Counted from the stretch's first letter, positions 8,924 through 19,089 are shown. The stretch is 64,000 nt of DNA from Deltaproteobacteria bacterium (GCA_020349945.1 CP070704.1:748899-812898), one strand, 5' to 3'. Numbers and translations are program-made. Notes: a model not told the origin generated them from the sequence alone.

Positions 8924-10366
8924 ATGAAGACAGCTGAAGAATATCGGAAACAATTGTATGGTATGAGAGCCAATATCCATGTTGGCGGTGAGCGCCTGAG
9001 CAGGGACGACCCCCGCCTTATACAACCGATAAACGTGGTTGCGAGCACATTCGATGCTGCCCAGGAGCCTGAGTTTGAAGGGGTTGCTACGGCTACCTCC
9101 CACCTGTCTGGCGAGAAGATAAACCGGTTTTGCAATATCCACTGTAGCGTGGAAGACCTGCTTCACAAACAGCGTATGACCCGTATGCTTTGCCATAGGG
9201 CAGGGGGATGCATTCAACGCTGTATGGGCATCGATGCTACGAATGCCCTATCTGTGATTACATACGATACGGACCAGAAGTACGGCACCGAATATCACAA
9301 ACGATTCCTTACGTTTCTGGAGTATTTCCAGAAGGAAGATATAGTGGCCAACTGTGCACAGACCGACGGTAAGGGCGATAGGAGCAAACGACCTCACGAA
9401 CAAGTTGACCCGGACCTTTACCTCAGAATAGTGGAGAGAAAGAGCGATGGCATAGTGGTAAGGGGCTCTAAGTGGCATAATACCATGGCACCATATGCCC
9501 AAGAGATAATCGTTGTGCCCACGCGATCCTTAACCAAGGAGGAGTCTGATTGGGCAGTTGCCTTTGCTGTTCCGGGAGACGCGGAAGGCGTTCACCAGAT
9601 TGTCAGACTGGCCAGTATGCGCCCGAGAAAGCACTTGAAGGCCCCCATAGCCACCTTTGGGGATGCCGAGTCTTTTACTGTATTTGATAATGTGTTTGTC
9701 CCCTGGCAGAGGGTCTTCTTGTGTGGCGAAACGGACATGGGTGGTCGGCTGGCCCTGCAGTTTGCCGAATTTCACCGCCATAGCTATACGGGGTGCAAGC
9801 CGTCTATAAGTGACATAATTATGGGAGCCACAGCCCTGGCTGCCGAATATAACGGGGTACAGAATGCCCAGCACATCAGGATGAAGTTGGCTCATCTGAT
9901 TGGTGTTGGAGAATTGGTGAATGCCGCAGGAATAGCTGCAGCTTATCATTCCACAAAAACCCCTTCAGGTACCTACATACCCAATAGCATCTTCGTTAAT
10001 GTCGGAAGGCGCCTGGCAGGCGAGAATATCTTCCACGAGTGGGAGATACTGTGCGACGTTGCCGGAGGAGTATATGCAACGCTACCCTTCGAGGAGGACT
10101 GGTATAGCGAAGATACCAGGAAATACCTGGAGAAATATATTATGAGGAATCCCAGGGTCTCCGCCGAGAATCAGCACCGGCTCTTCAGGTTAATTAGCGA
10201 CCTGCTTGCCTCTCACTGGAGTGGGGTAGAGCTGGCTGGTCAGTATCACGGCGGCGGTTCGCCCATAATGGAGACCATCGGATTACTGAGGGACTATGAC
10301 CTCAGGCCAAAGGTGGACCTCGTCAAATACCTGGCCGGTATTTCATTGGACGACCCGCAGGGTTAA
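8924..10366 (+). CDS. abfD: 4-hydroxybutyryl-CoA dehydratase / vinylacetyl-CoA delta-isomerase family (AbfD-type)
   Basis: 480 aa, HpaB/AbfD fold family. GGCIQRCMG (C-x3-C) and HRHSYTGC (H-x6-C) match the [4Fe-4S] ligand pattern known from Clostridium aminobutyricum AbfD. Confidence 0.8.
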   Translation: MKTAEEYRKQLYGMRANIHVGGERLSRDDPRLIQPINVVASTFDAAQEPEFEGVATATSHLSGEKINRFCNIHCSVEDLLHKQRMTRMLCHRAGGCIQRCMGIDATNALSVITYDTDQKYGTEYHKRFLTFLEYFQKEDIVANCAQTDGKGDRSKRPHEQVDPDLYLRIVERKSDGIVVRGSKWHNTMAPYAQEIIVVPTRSLTKEESDWAVAFAVPGDAEGVHQIVRLASMRPRKHLKAPIATFGDAESFTVFDNVFVPWQRVFLCGETDMGGRLALQFAEFHRHSYTGCKPSISDIIMGATALAAEYNGVQNAQHIRMKLAHLIGVGELVNAAGIAAAYHSTKTPSGTYIPNSIFVNVGRRLAGENIFHEWEILCDVAGGVYATLPFEEDWYSEDTRKYLEKYIMRNPRVSAENQHRLFRLISDLLASHWSGVELAGQYHGGGSPIMETIGLLRDYDLRPKVDLVKYLAGISLDDPQG

Positions 10367-10379
10367 GGGGTCTTTGCTT

Positions 10380-10397
10380 CTGAAGGAAGAAGGGCAT
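10380..10397 (+). repeat. 18-bp direct repeat CTGAAGGAAGAAGGGCAT (copy 1 of 2)
   Basis: Identical 18-mer at 10380-10397 and 23894-23911, in both cases immediately upstream of aminotransferase-homologous sequence. Confidence 0.9.
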
Positions 10398-10727
10398 GAT
10401 GCCAGGGGCAGAAAGGGTGGAGTTCTTCTCTTGTGGGCAGGAAGCCAATATGATGGCGATAAGGCTGAGTCGAATCTTTACCGGAAGGAAGAAGGTCCTC
10501 AGGTTCAGGGAGAATTTTCATGGCTGGGCTGATGAACTGGTGCATGAGGGCTCAGCCGGTATTGTGGCGGATGAGGTCAACGTTATACCCTTTAACGATC
10601 TAAAGCTGGTGGAGAAGGAGCTGGCCACGAAGGAATATGCTGCCCTCTTAACCGAGGGAGGTGGTGCTTATGGAGCGGGCCGAGTTCATATAGATGTTGA
10701 CTTCGTTCGAGCATTACCCGGGCTCAC
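10396..10727 (+). pseudogene. internal fragment of a class III aminotransferase paralog (5'-deleted, 3'-truncated)
   Basis: The translation MMPGAERVEFFSCGQEANMMAIRLSRIFTGRKKVLRFRENFHGWADEL...RALPGL aligns without gaps to residues ~114-224 of the intact gene at 23925-25256. Homology stops near 10727. The rest of the 182-aa ORF (to 10944) has no aminotransferase similarity. Confidence 0.85.
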
Positions 10728-11225
10728 GAAGCGTATCTCAGGTTGGCCTCGATTCCTCCCCCTGGTCGGTTGGGCACTCGCTAACAAGCTAATGGAGCTG
10801 ACGGCGCATACTATATTGCAGTTAAGATTATGCACCCTGCCTGTTGATGTTACGTATAGTAATCGTAAGCCAGGAGACTTGCGGGAGGCTTTCCATTATA
10901 GCAGTAAACTTTACGCGGGCGAAATTTCGATATACTTATCGTAATCGTTATCTTCGGGTAGCACTTAGAATGATAGGATAGTATGAGTAAGCATAAGTGG
11001 TGCCTTAAGGCTAGCGCTCAGAGGCGGCGTTAGGCAGGCTTGGCTGTAGTCTTACCCCATCATCTGTCAAATTCCTTAATACGCTTTCTCGCAGCTTTTA
11101 CTGGCCGATTTGAACGGAATGATCTTATGAGAGGTGCTCAGGTATGTCATCGGAAGGTTACTGCAGGAATGGCTGTTCTACCCTTATCTTGATGGGACAT
11201 ATGTGCACCGCGGTGGAAGAATATT

Positions 11226-12173
11226 GTGACTGATAAGATTGAAGACATAGAAAATGTTGCGATCATAGGGGCAGGACTAATGGGACACGGTATTGCCCAA
11301 GCATTTGCTGTGAATGGATATAAGGTGAACATCTTCGATGCTAACCATAAAGTGCTAAAGAGCGTGCCAGATCGAATTTATCAGAATTTGCAGGTGTTTC
11401 TTAAATTAAAAAAGGTCAAAAAAAGCGAAATAGAAGAATGTATCAGGAATATCGAACTTTGCGACGACCTTAACTCAGTTTGCAAGAATGTGGATTTCAT
11501 AATCGAAGCAATCAAGGAAAATTTGGACGCTAAAGTATCCCTCCTTGAGGAATTGGAGCAGAACGTCGATTCAAATGTGATTATTTCAAGCAATACTTCC
11601 GCCATAAGCATAACCAGGCTTAGCGATGGATTAAAGCACAAGCAAAGATTCTTGGGGACTCATTTTTGGAATCCGCCTCATATCATTCCTTGTGTTGAAG
11701 TCATTAGAGGGGAATACACGTCAGATAGAGTCTTTGAAACCGTTTTTGAAGTGATGAAAAAAATTGGAAAAGAACCCGTAAAAGTCCTCAAAGATGTGCC
11801 GGGATTTCTGGGAAACAGACTGCAACACGCAATGTGGCGTGAGGCGATATCGCTCGTTGAAAAAAAGATTGCCAGTCCGGAGGATATCGATAAGGTCGTT
11901 AAATATGGGTTTGGCCTTCGCCTATCTTTCATCGGCCCTCTGGAGACTGCCGACTTGGCTGGTCTCGATCTCGATTATGATATTCATAAGTACCTTTTCC
12001 ATTATCTCGAAAATGCCTTGGAACCATCTCCAATTCTGAAAGGCTTGGTCGATCAGGGTATATTAGGAGTAAAAACGGGAAAGGGTTTTTATGAATGGTC
12101 CGACGAAAAAATTGACAGAATAATAAAGCAGCGGGATTCAATCCTGTTAAAGATAATGGATCAGCTTTCATAA
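11226..12173 (+). CDS. 3-hydroxyacyl-CoA dehydrogenase family protein (Hbd-like)
   Basis: GTG start. NAD-binding VAIIGAGLMGHGIAQ, HFWNPP motif and C-terminal GVKTGKGFYEW. Confidence 0.85.
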   Translation: MTDKIEDIENVAIIGAGLMGHGIAQAFAVNGYKVNIFDANHKVLKSVPDRIYQNLQVFLKLKKVKKSEIEECIRNIELCDDLNSVCKNVDFIIEAIKENLDAKVSLLEELEQNVDSNVIISSNTSAISITRLSDGLKHKQRFLGTHFWNPPHIIPCVEVIRGEYTSDRVFETVFEVMKKIGKEPVKVLKDVPGFLGNRLQHAMWREAISLVEKKIASPEDIDKVVKYGFGLRLSFIGPLETADLAGLDLDYDIHKYLFHYLENALEPSPILKGLVDQGILGVKTGKGFYEWSDEKIDRIIKQRDSILLKIMDQLS

Positions 12174-12232
12174 GGAGCCGGGTACACCAAAAGGAATAAA
12201 TACGGAACACCAGATTTTATCATTCAACTCGA

Positions 12233-13105
12233 TTGGAAAAATTCATGAGCGACATCCCGGTGTTTTTTCTTCATGGCCTCGTTTATGCGGGACTTCTCTT
12301 TCTGATATCATCAGGTCTGACCCTTGTTTTCGGTATGATGAATGTGCTGAATTTAGCACACGCTGCGTTTTACATGCTCGGCGCTTACTTCTCCTATTCC
12401 CTGCTTAACGCAACGGGTAATTTCTGGCTCTCCCTTATCGTCTGTCCTTTGCTCCTGTTCTTTATTGGTGCGGCCGTAGAGCGTTTCTTGCTGCGCCGGG
12501 TTCACGTTTACGGCCATGTTCAAGAATTATTAATTACTTTTGGTGTGGCCTATATTATTACAGAATCCGTCAAGTGGATATGGGGCAATTATCCTCTGGG
12601 AGTGAATCTAGGAGGTTTCTTGAGCGGGTCCGTAAATTTATTCGGCCTTTTCTATCCTATTTACCGTCTCTTTATGTTCTTCTGTGCAATCTTGATCAGC
12701 CTCATTATGGCAACGGTGCTTTATAAAACCAGGATCGGTATTATTGTCAGAGCTTCTGTAGATGACAGTGAGATGGTCAATACCCTGGGGATTAATGTCC
12801 CACTGGTATTTACCGGTGTCTTTGGCTTTGGCGCTGCGCTGTCCGGTTTTGCCGGAGTGATTGCCGGACCCCTTCTTACGACATATCCCGGTATGGCAGC
12901 GGAGATTTTGGTTGATGCGTTTGTGGTCATCGTAATTGGAGGAATGGGAAGCCTGGTTGGGGCTTTGGTGGCTTCTCTGATGATCGGTGAGCTGCAATCT
13001 TTTGGAGCACTCCTTTTCCCAAAATTATCCTTGGCCCTCATGTATATGCTTATGGCCGCAGTGCTGATCATAAAGCCCTCCGGCCTCTTTGGCGAGGAGC
13101 AATGA
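12233..13105 (+). CDS. branched-chain amino acid-type ABC transporter permease (LivH-like)
   Basis: Polytopic membrane ORF with LivH-like sequence. Alternative ATG start at 12245. The stop overlaps the next start (ATGA). Confidence 0.85.
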   Translation: MEKFMSDIPVFFLHGLVYAGLLFLISSGLTLVFGMMNVLNLAHAAFYMLGAYFSYSLLNATGNFWLSLIVCPLLLFFIGAAVERFLLRRVHVYGHVQELLITFGVAYIITESVKWIWGNYPLGVNLGGFLSGSVNLFGLFYPIYRLFMFFCAILISLIMATVLYKTRIGIIVRASVDDSEMVNTLGINVPLVFTGVFGFGAALSGFAGVIAGPLLTTYPGMAAEILVDAFVVIVIGGMGSLVGALVASLMIGELQSFGALLFPKLSLALMYMLMAAVLIIKPSGLFGEEQ

Positions 13106-14100
13106 TAAACCAAAGAAGTTTTGCACAGTTTTTGGGGTGGGGTATATTTGTCCTTATAGTGGGAGTCGTTTTGCCATTGGGGGTAAGACAGTACCAGGTC
13201 GCTTTGCTCACTGAAATCATCATCTTTGCTTTGTTTGCCGTGAGCTATAACTTGCTCTTAGGCTATGCGGGGCTCCTGTCATTTGGTCATGCCATGTTTT
13301 TCGGTGTGGGCGCCTACACGGTGGCGATAGTCCTTAACCATATTTCGGGACTTTCCTTTTTCGGGGCAGTAATGATTTCTGTAATGGTGACAACCGTTGC
13401 CGGTTTCGCAGTAGGTAGTCTTCTCTTGCGGCATAAAGGAGTCCCCTTTGCTCTTCTCACTCTGGCATTTAATGCCCTATTCTATGCCATAGCCACAAAA
13501 TGGCACAGTATTACCGGTGGTGACGATGGCTTGAGTATTCGTCTTCCGGACATCAACCTCGGTTTCGCGCACTTAAAAACGGGAGATATAACAGTTTTTT
13601 ATTACATTACCTTGCTGATCATTGGATCTGTGATCCTTTTCTGCTGGTATTTCACACGCACGGCCATGGGTCAGACAGTTTTACTGGTGAGGGAAAATGA
13701 GGAGCGTATGAAATTTGTCGGTTACAATACAAATGTGAGCCGTTTAATCCTTTTCGTCTTCACAGGTTTCCTCGCTGGATTAGCTGGGTCCTTTTATACC
13801 CTCCACTACCAATTTACCTCAATCAGTGCCATCAGTATCGACATGTCAACGATCGTTGTCTTGATGGTCATTATAGGTGGTACAGGCTCTTTCATAGGAC
13901 CAATTTTGGGAGCATGTGTTTATATTTACCTACAAGATTTCCTCAGCGACATCACCGACCGGTGGCCATTTATCATGGGGTTGATTTTCATATTTATGAT
14001 TCTTTACGTACCAAGAGGATTATCAGGCCTGATTGATTCTTTTGGTGAGCGCCTGCGTGGACGCTGGCATTTACGAAGCAGCGTTGAAATGGAAGAATGA
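13102..14100 (+). CDS. branched-chain amino acid-type ABC transporter permease (LivM-like)
   Basis: Polytopic membrane ORF (LLGYAGLLSFGHAMFFGVGAY). Translationally coupled on both sides. Confidence 0.85.
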   Translation: MINQRSFAQFLGWGIFVLIVGVVLPLGVRQYQVALLTEIIIFALFAVSYNLLLGYAGLLSFGHAMFFGVGAYTVAIVLNHISGLSFFGAVMISVMVTTVAGFAVGSLLLRHKGVPFALLTLAFNALFYAIATKWHSITGGDDGLSIRLPDINLGFAHLKTGDITVFYYITLLIIGSVILFCWYFTRTAMGQTVLLVRENEERMKFVGYNTNVSRLILFVFTGFLAGLAGSFYTLHYQFTSISAISIDMSTIVVLMVIIGGTGSFIGPILGACVYIYLQDFLSDITDRWPFIMGLIFIFMILYVPRGLSGLIDSFGERLRGRWHLRSSVEMEE

Positions 14101-14864
14101 AAGCAATGCAAGAGCGAAAGGACATTTTGCAGGTAAGAGATATCCATAAGGATTTTTCGGGGCTCAAGGTGCTGACCGGCGTTGACTTTGAGGTGAAGGA
14201 GAACGAAAAGCACGCGATTATTGGCCCAAATGGCGCCGGAAAGACAACGCTTTTCAATATCATCAGTGGAAAATATAAACCCTCCTCTGGGTCAATCATT
14301 TTCAAGGGTGAAGATATCTCTGGTCGCTCTCCTCATGCCCTTACGCGTATGAAGATATGTCGGTCGTTCCAAATGACCAACGTCTTTAAGGAGTTGAATG
14401 TGTTTGAAAATGTTCGTGCCGGGGTACGATGCGATCATGGGTTACGCTATAATTTTTTGAAGAGGCCCGGCAGCATCCCGGAGGTTAATGAAAAAACGGA
14501 AGAGATCCTGGCTCTTGTTGGCTTGGCTGATGCAGGGGAGACACCGGCCAGAGAGCTATCTTATGGTCAACAGCGGGCTCTTGAGATTGCTGTTACCCTT
14601 TCTACGGAACCGGAACTCATTTTGTTGGACGAGCCGACTGCGGGCATGACGCGTGAGGAGACTATAGAGGCGATCAAGATGATCGATAAGGTGACAGCAA
14701 ATAGGACCTTGGTCATTATAGAGCATGACATGGATGTTGTTTTTTCCTTGGCGGATACAATATCCGTTTTGCACAACGGTTCAATCTTGGTTTCGGGGAG
14801 GCCGGAAGAAATCCGTGAGGACCAGAGAGTTAAGGATGCGTACCTGGGCGAAGAGGCTGGCTAA
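14097..14864 (+). CDS. ABC transporter ATP-binding protein (LivG-like)
   Basis: Walker A GPNGAGKTT, signature LSYGQQR, Walker B LILLDEP. Confidence 0.9.
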   Translation: MKAMQERKDILQVRDIHKDFSGLKVLTGVDFEVKENEKHAIIGPNGAGKTTLFNIISGKYKPSSGSIIFKGEDISGRSPHALTRMKICRSFQMTNVFKELNVFENVRAGVRCDHGLRYNFLKRPGSIPEVNEKTEEILALVGLADAGETPARELSYGQQRALEIAVTLSTEPELILLDEPTAGMTREETIEAIKMIDKVTANRTLVIIEHDMDVVFSLADTISVLHNGSILVSGRPEEIREDQRVKDAYLGEEAG

Positions 14865-15577
14865 TGTTGTTAGAGGTTAAGGAAATTCATAGCTATTATG
14901 AAAAGAGTCATATTCTCCATGGCGTTTCTCTGGGACTAAAAGAAGGAGAATTGGTATGCTTGCTGGGGCGGAACGGGGTGGGAAAATCGACGGCGCTCAA
15001 AAGCGTGATGGGTATCGTCCAGCCCCGAAAGGGGAGTATTTTATTCGGTGGCCAAGAGTTGATAGGCAAAGAACCTTATCAAATTTCTCGTATGGGCATT
15101 GGTTTTGTCCCGGAAGATAGGCGGGTTTTTCCCAGTCTCACGGCGAACGAAAATTTGTTGATGGGAATTAGGAGGGGAAAGAATGAGGCCCCATCAAAAC
15201 AGGGATGGACAATAGAAAAGGTTTACGACGCCTTTCCGCAGTTGAAACAACGTAAAAACAGCAAGGGGGCACACCTGTCAGGTGGGGAACAGCAGATGCT
15301 GACAGTGGCGCGGACTTTGATGGGCAATCCGGAACTCATGCTCGTGGATGAACCTACAGAGGGCCTGGCTCCCACTATCGTGAAAGACGTACTAAAGATG
15401 CTTTCAGCCATTCGCGAGTCGGGGGTCGCCATATTGATGGTTGAACAGAATTTTAAAGCTTCCATTAAAATTGCAGATCGGTTTTACATCATGAGTAAAG
15501 GGCAGATTGTTTTCGAGGGAAACGGTGAGGCTTTGGAGGCGGCGGAAGACGTCAGGAAGCGGTATTTAGAGGTATAG
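14864..15577 (+). CDS. ABC transporter ATP-binding protein (LivF-like)
   Basis: Walker A GRNGVGKST, signature LSGGEQQ, Walker B LMLVDEP. Confidence 0.9.
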   Translation: MLLEVKEIHSYYEKSHILHGVSLGLKEGELVCLLGRNGVGKSTALKSVMGIVQPRKGSILFGGQELIGKEPYQISRMGIGFVPEDRRVFPSLTANENLLMGIRRGKNEAPSKQGWTIEKVYDAFPQLKQRKNSKGAHLSGGEQQMLTVARTLMGNPELMLVDEPTEGLAPTIVKDVLKMLSAIRESGVAILMVEQNFKASIKIADRFYIMSKGQIVFEGNGEALEAAEDVRKRYLEV

Positions 15578-15692
15578 GTTTTCAACAAGATAACAACAAA
15601 ACAGGAGGAGAAAACTTAACAAACATAATTTAAGGGCGACGGTTTTGTAAAGGATTTTTTTACCAATTCAAGAAAAAGGGAGGGAATGAAAG

Positions 15693-16907
15693 ATGAAAAA
15701 AAGCATGCTATGTGGTCTGGGTATTTCGGTTTTTATGGTGGCGGTGGTTTTTGTCTCAGCAAGCGCTCAAGCCGCAGAGACCATTAAAATCGGTGTGTGT
15801 GAACCGCTTTCAGGCACTTTCAAGGATATCGGCGAGCGGTACCTCGAAGGTGTGGAGTATGCTGTAAAGGTCATCAATGAACAAGGAGGGCTTCTGGGGC
15901 GGAAAGTTGAGGTTATTCCCATTGACAGTGAGCTTAAACCGGATGTGGCAAGCCGCAAGGCCACAAAATTGATTTTGAAGGATAACGTTCGATACTTTTG
16001 CGGTGGTACTGGCAGCTCAGTTGGCGGAGCCATGTCGGTCTTAGCAGAGAAAAATAATGCATTGATGTTATCCTATGGTATGGCTGCTGCCAGCTTAACC
16101 GGGGAAAAATGTAGCAGGAATTTTTTTCGTGCATGCCTTAACACCGATACCCAGTCATATGCCTTGGCAATGTGGGTTGCTAACAGCGGGTATAAGAAAG
16201 TGTTAGGGATTGCCCAGGACTACTCATTTGGACATGAGGCCGTTGAAGCATTTATGAAAAAAGTGAAGGAGTTGAATCCTTCCATTGAGATCGTTGGCAA
16301 GCTTTTTCATAAGGCCGGAGAAAAGGATTTTGCTCCTTACGTGAGCCAGATTATCTCTTCGGGAGCAGAGGTGGTCTGGACTCCCAATTGGGGGAATGAT
16401 CTCACACTGCTTATCAAACAAGGCAAGAATCTCGGCATGAAGGCCAAAATCGCTTCCTATTTTCTCAATGATGAGTATTTGATCGAGAGCGTTGCAGACG
16501 ATAGTGCCATAATTGGAAACGTCACGGCTGAGGCCTATATGCTTACTATTCCCGGCGAGGAGAATAGGAAATTTATAGAAGGATTCTACAAAGATAAAGG
16601 CTATTATCCCTCATGGCTTCGAGGGAAAGCCTATACGGCAACGATGTTTTGGGCCGAAGCGCTAAAGAAGGCCGGTAAAGACGATACGAATGCGGTAATC
16701 AAAGCCTGGGAGGGCCTTACATATGAGGGCCCGGCAGGGACTTGGTACATGCGTCCCTGCGACCATCAGGCCCAGATTCCGGTCTGGGTAGCGATAATGG
16801 TGAAAGACAGCGAATTCTATAAACACGCCTTTGTGGGAAAGCCGACAATGATCCCTGCAAAGGATATAGAGATTACTTGCGAAGAGACTGGCTGTAAAAT
16901 GAAATAG
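15693..16907 (+). CDS. ABC transporter periplasmic substrate-binding protein (type I PBP, Liv/amide family)
   Basis: Signal peptide ending ASAQA. IKIGVCEPLSGTF... start is typical of LivK-like binding proteins. Confidence 0.85.
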   Translation: MKKSMLCGLGISVFMVAVVFVSASAQAAETIKIGVCEPLSGTFKDIGERYLEGVEYAVKVINEQGGLLGRKVEVIPIDSELKPDVASRKATKLILKDNVRYFCGGTGSSVGGAMSVLAEKNNALMLSYGMAAASLTGEKCSRNFFRACLNTDTQSYALAMWVANSGYKKVLGIAQDYSFGHEAVEAFMKKVKELNPSIEIVGKLFHKAGEKDFAPYVSQIISSGAEVVWTPNWGNDLTLLIKQGKNLGMKAKIASYFLNDEYLIESVADDSAIIGNVTAEAYMLTIPGEENRKFIEGFYKDKGYYPSWLRGKAYTATMFWAEALKKAGKDDTNAVIKAWEGLTYEGPAGTWYMRPCDHQAQIPVWVAIMVKDSEFYKHAFVGKPTMIPAKDIEITCEETGCKMK

Positions 16908-16953
16908 TATGGAAGAACGGAAATAGCAATTCAGGGTCGGGAGAATTAAAGGG

Positions 16954-17007
16954 GGATAAGGCGCTTGATTTCTTTCAACCGTCGGCGCCTTATCCTAACT
17001 TTTTCTT
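16954..17007 (+). terminator. candidate intrinsic terminator after the ABC transporter genes
   Basis: 11-bp stem GGATAAGGCGC (16954-16964) / GCGCCTTATCC (16985-16995) with a 20-nt loop, followed by TAACTTTTTCTT. Confidence 0.45.
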
Positions 17008-17082
17008 GACATGCTTGTTTCCGTATGCGGTTCATGGTTTTTTGTGACGTTAGCAAATCGGTTATTTAAGGAAGTGAACAAC

Positions 17083-18045
17083 ATGTCGACGTTGATTACC
17101 GGAGGAACCGGGTTCCTTGGCTCATACTTAACACGGATTCTGATTGGGGAGGGTGAAAGACCAGTCCTTTATGACGTAGCCCCGGTTCGGGGGATGCTCG
17201 GTGAGATGGAATCTGATTTTGATTTCGTACAAGGTTCTCTCAGCAACCTCTCCGAGCTGATCAACTGTGTGGACAAGTATGCGGTCGACAGGATCTTTCA
17301 CTTAGGTGGCATGCTTTCCCTGCCATCGGAGCACAACCCGTGGGCGTCATTTGAGACCAATGTCGTTGGAACCTATAACGTGTTTGAGGCAGCCCGAATA
17401 AATGAGGTGAAACAGGTCATTTATGCAAGCACCATAGCCACGTATAGCAAAGATATAACCTCTGATGTAATCGATGATTATACTCTCCAGCGCCCTACCA
17501 CCATGTATGGTGTTACCAAGGTCTTTGCTGAGCTTTTGGGGCGTTTTTACTCGAGGAAATTCGGGCTTGATTTTCGTGGTGTCCGTTTACCCTCGGTAGT
17601 TGGCCCGGGAGCCAAAACCGCCCACATGTCCATTTATAACGCCTGGGCAATCGAGGAGCCCTTAAGAGGTCATTCATATGAGCTTCGCTGTGACCCTGAA
17701 ACGAAATGCCCCGTCATATATTTCAAGGATGTGGTCAGAGCCTTAAGGCTTTTGGCTCAAGCTGAAAGATCGCATATCTCGATGATGATTTATAATTTGG
17801 CGGGCATTTCTCCTCCTTTTTCAGCAAGCGAATTGGTAACTGTTGTTCGCGCGCGCATACCGGAAGCCCGGCTTACGTTTAATCCGGATCCAAACGTTAT
17901 GGAGCTTCTACGGGAAATCGGCCGACTCAGGTTTGACGATAGTTGTGCTCAGTCCGAGTGGGGTTGGCATACCGCGTATTCCCTCGAGGAAATGGTAGAT
18001 GATTTTATCAGAGAATTTAATAAGAACAGATCATGGTATGCATGA
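17083..18045 (+). CDS. NAD-dependent epimerase/dehydratase (extended SDR) family protein
   Basis: MSTLITGGTGFLGSYL Rossmann start and YGVTK catalytic Y-x3-K. The ORF-track start at 17011 is probably too far upstream. Confidence 0.8.
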   Translation: MSTLITGGTGFLGSYLTRILIGEGERPVLYDVAPVRGMLGEMESDFDFVQGSLSNLSELINCVDKYAVDRIFHLGGMLSLPSEHNPWASFETNVVGTYNVFEAARINEVKQVIYASTIATYSKDITSDVIDDYTLQRPTTMYGVTKVFAELLGRFYSRKFGLDFRGVRLPSVVGPGAKTAHMSIYNAWAIEEPLRGHSYELRCDPETKCPVIYFKDVVRALRLLAQAERSHISMMIYNLAGISPPFSASELVTVVRARIPEARLTFNPDPNVMELLREIGRLRFDDSCAQSEWGWHTAYSLEEMVDDFIREFNKNRSWYA

Positions 18046-18075
18046 TACAAGGTCTCACGGGTGGAGGTTGTAAAG

Positions 18076-18996
18076 ATGGGTAAGAGAATCATAACTGCGG
18101 CACTTACGGGCTCAATACATACCCCAAGCATGTCGCCTTATCTTCCCGTAACCCCTGAACAGCTCATTGAGGAAGCGGTAGCTGTTTATAATGCAGGGGG
18201 AGCTGTGGCACACGTTCATGTTCGAGACCCTGAAACGGGAATGCCGAACGCAGATCAGGACATATACCGGGAAATCGCAACCCAAGTGAAGAAGCGATGT
18301 GACATCGTTCTCTGTTTTACCACAGGCGGAAAACTGGGGGAGCCAGTGGAGAATCGAGTGAGGGTCGCATCGAATTTGAAGCCGGAGCTGACAACACTGA
18401 ATGCTGGGTCGTTGAATTTCGCCTTGTTCCATATTGTGGATGGGGTCGAAGAGTGGAAATACGACTGGGAGAAACCATATTTGGAAGGCACAGAGGATTT
18501 TATCTTTCCAAATACCTTCAAGACCATGCGCCAGTACATCGAGATCATGTACGCACATGGGGCAAAGCCGGAGCTTGAGATCTATGACACGGGGATGATC
18601 AATAACGTGGCCTTCCTGATCGATAAGGGAATTATTAAGAAACCGGTTTACCTTCAATTCGTTTTGGGGATCCTCGGCGGTATCCCGGCAACCATCCAGA
18701 ATCTTGTATTCTTATTGGAGACGGCCAGAAACCAGATTGGTGATTTTGAGTTCTCAGTATGTGCAGCAGGAAAGCAACAGTTTCCCCTGTGCACTGCATG
18801 TCTATTGCTCGGCGGACATGCCCGGGTAGGCCTAGAGGATAACCTCTATTTGGAGAAAGGCATTCTAGCCAAGAGCAGTGCCGAGCAGGTGGCAAAGCTG
18901 ATCCGGATTGCAAGAGAATTGGGCATTGAACCGGCAACGCCGGAGGAAGCGCGAAGTATTCTAAATCTCAAAGGACTAGACAAGGTTAATTATTAA
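18076..18996 (+). CDS. beta-keto acid cleavage enzyme (BKACE/DUF849; 3-keto-5-aminohexanoate cleavage enzyme family)
   Basis: MGKRIITAALTGSIHTPSMSPYLPVTPEQLIEEAVAVYNAGGAVAHVHVRDPETG is the characteristic BKACE N-terminus. GGAGG lies 7 nt before the ATG at 18076. Confidence 0.85.
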   Translation: MGKRIITAALTGSIHTPSMSPYLPVTPEQLIEEAVAVYNAGGAVAHVHVRDPETGMPNADQDIYREIATQVKKRCDIVLCFTTGGKLGEPVENRVRVASNLKPELTTLNAGSLNFALFHIVDGVEEWKYDWEKPYLEGTEDFIFPNTFKTMRQYIEIMYAHGAKPELEIYDTGMINNVAFLIDKGIIKKPVYLQFVLGILGGIPATIQNLVFLLETARNQIGDFEFSVCAAGKQQFPLCTACLLLGGHARVGLEDNLYLEKGILAKSSAEQVAKLIRIARELGIEPATPEEARSILNLKGLDKVNY

Positions 18997-19089
18997 AGTA
19001 CTCAGTGAGATGGGGACGGCGGCAAAAAAATGGAAAACGATGCGACGAGCCGGCATCTTTCTTCATGAGCTGTAGCCTACGTGACACAT

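Noticed and set aside
10728-10944. C-terminal 70 aa of the 182-aa ORF at 10396-10944 as real coding sequence
   Set aside because: Aminotransferase homology stops at about 10727. The remainder is read-through into unrelated DNA until the first stop.
18112-18657. 181-aa ORF antisense to the BKACE gene
   Set aside because: The sense frame has the diagnostic BKACE N-terminus. The antisense product shows no motifs.
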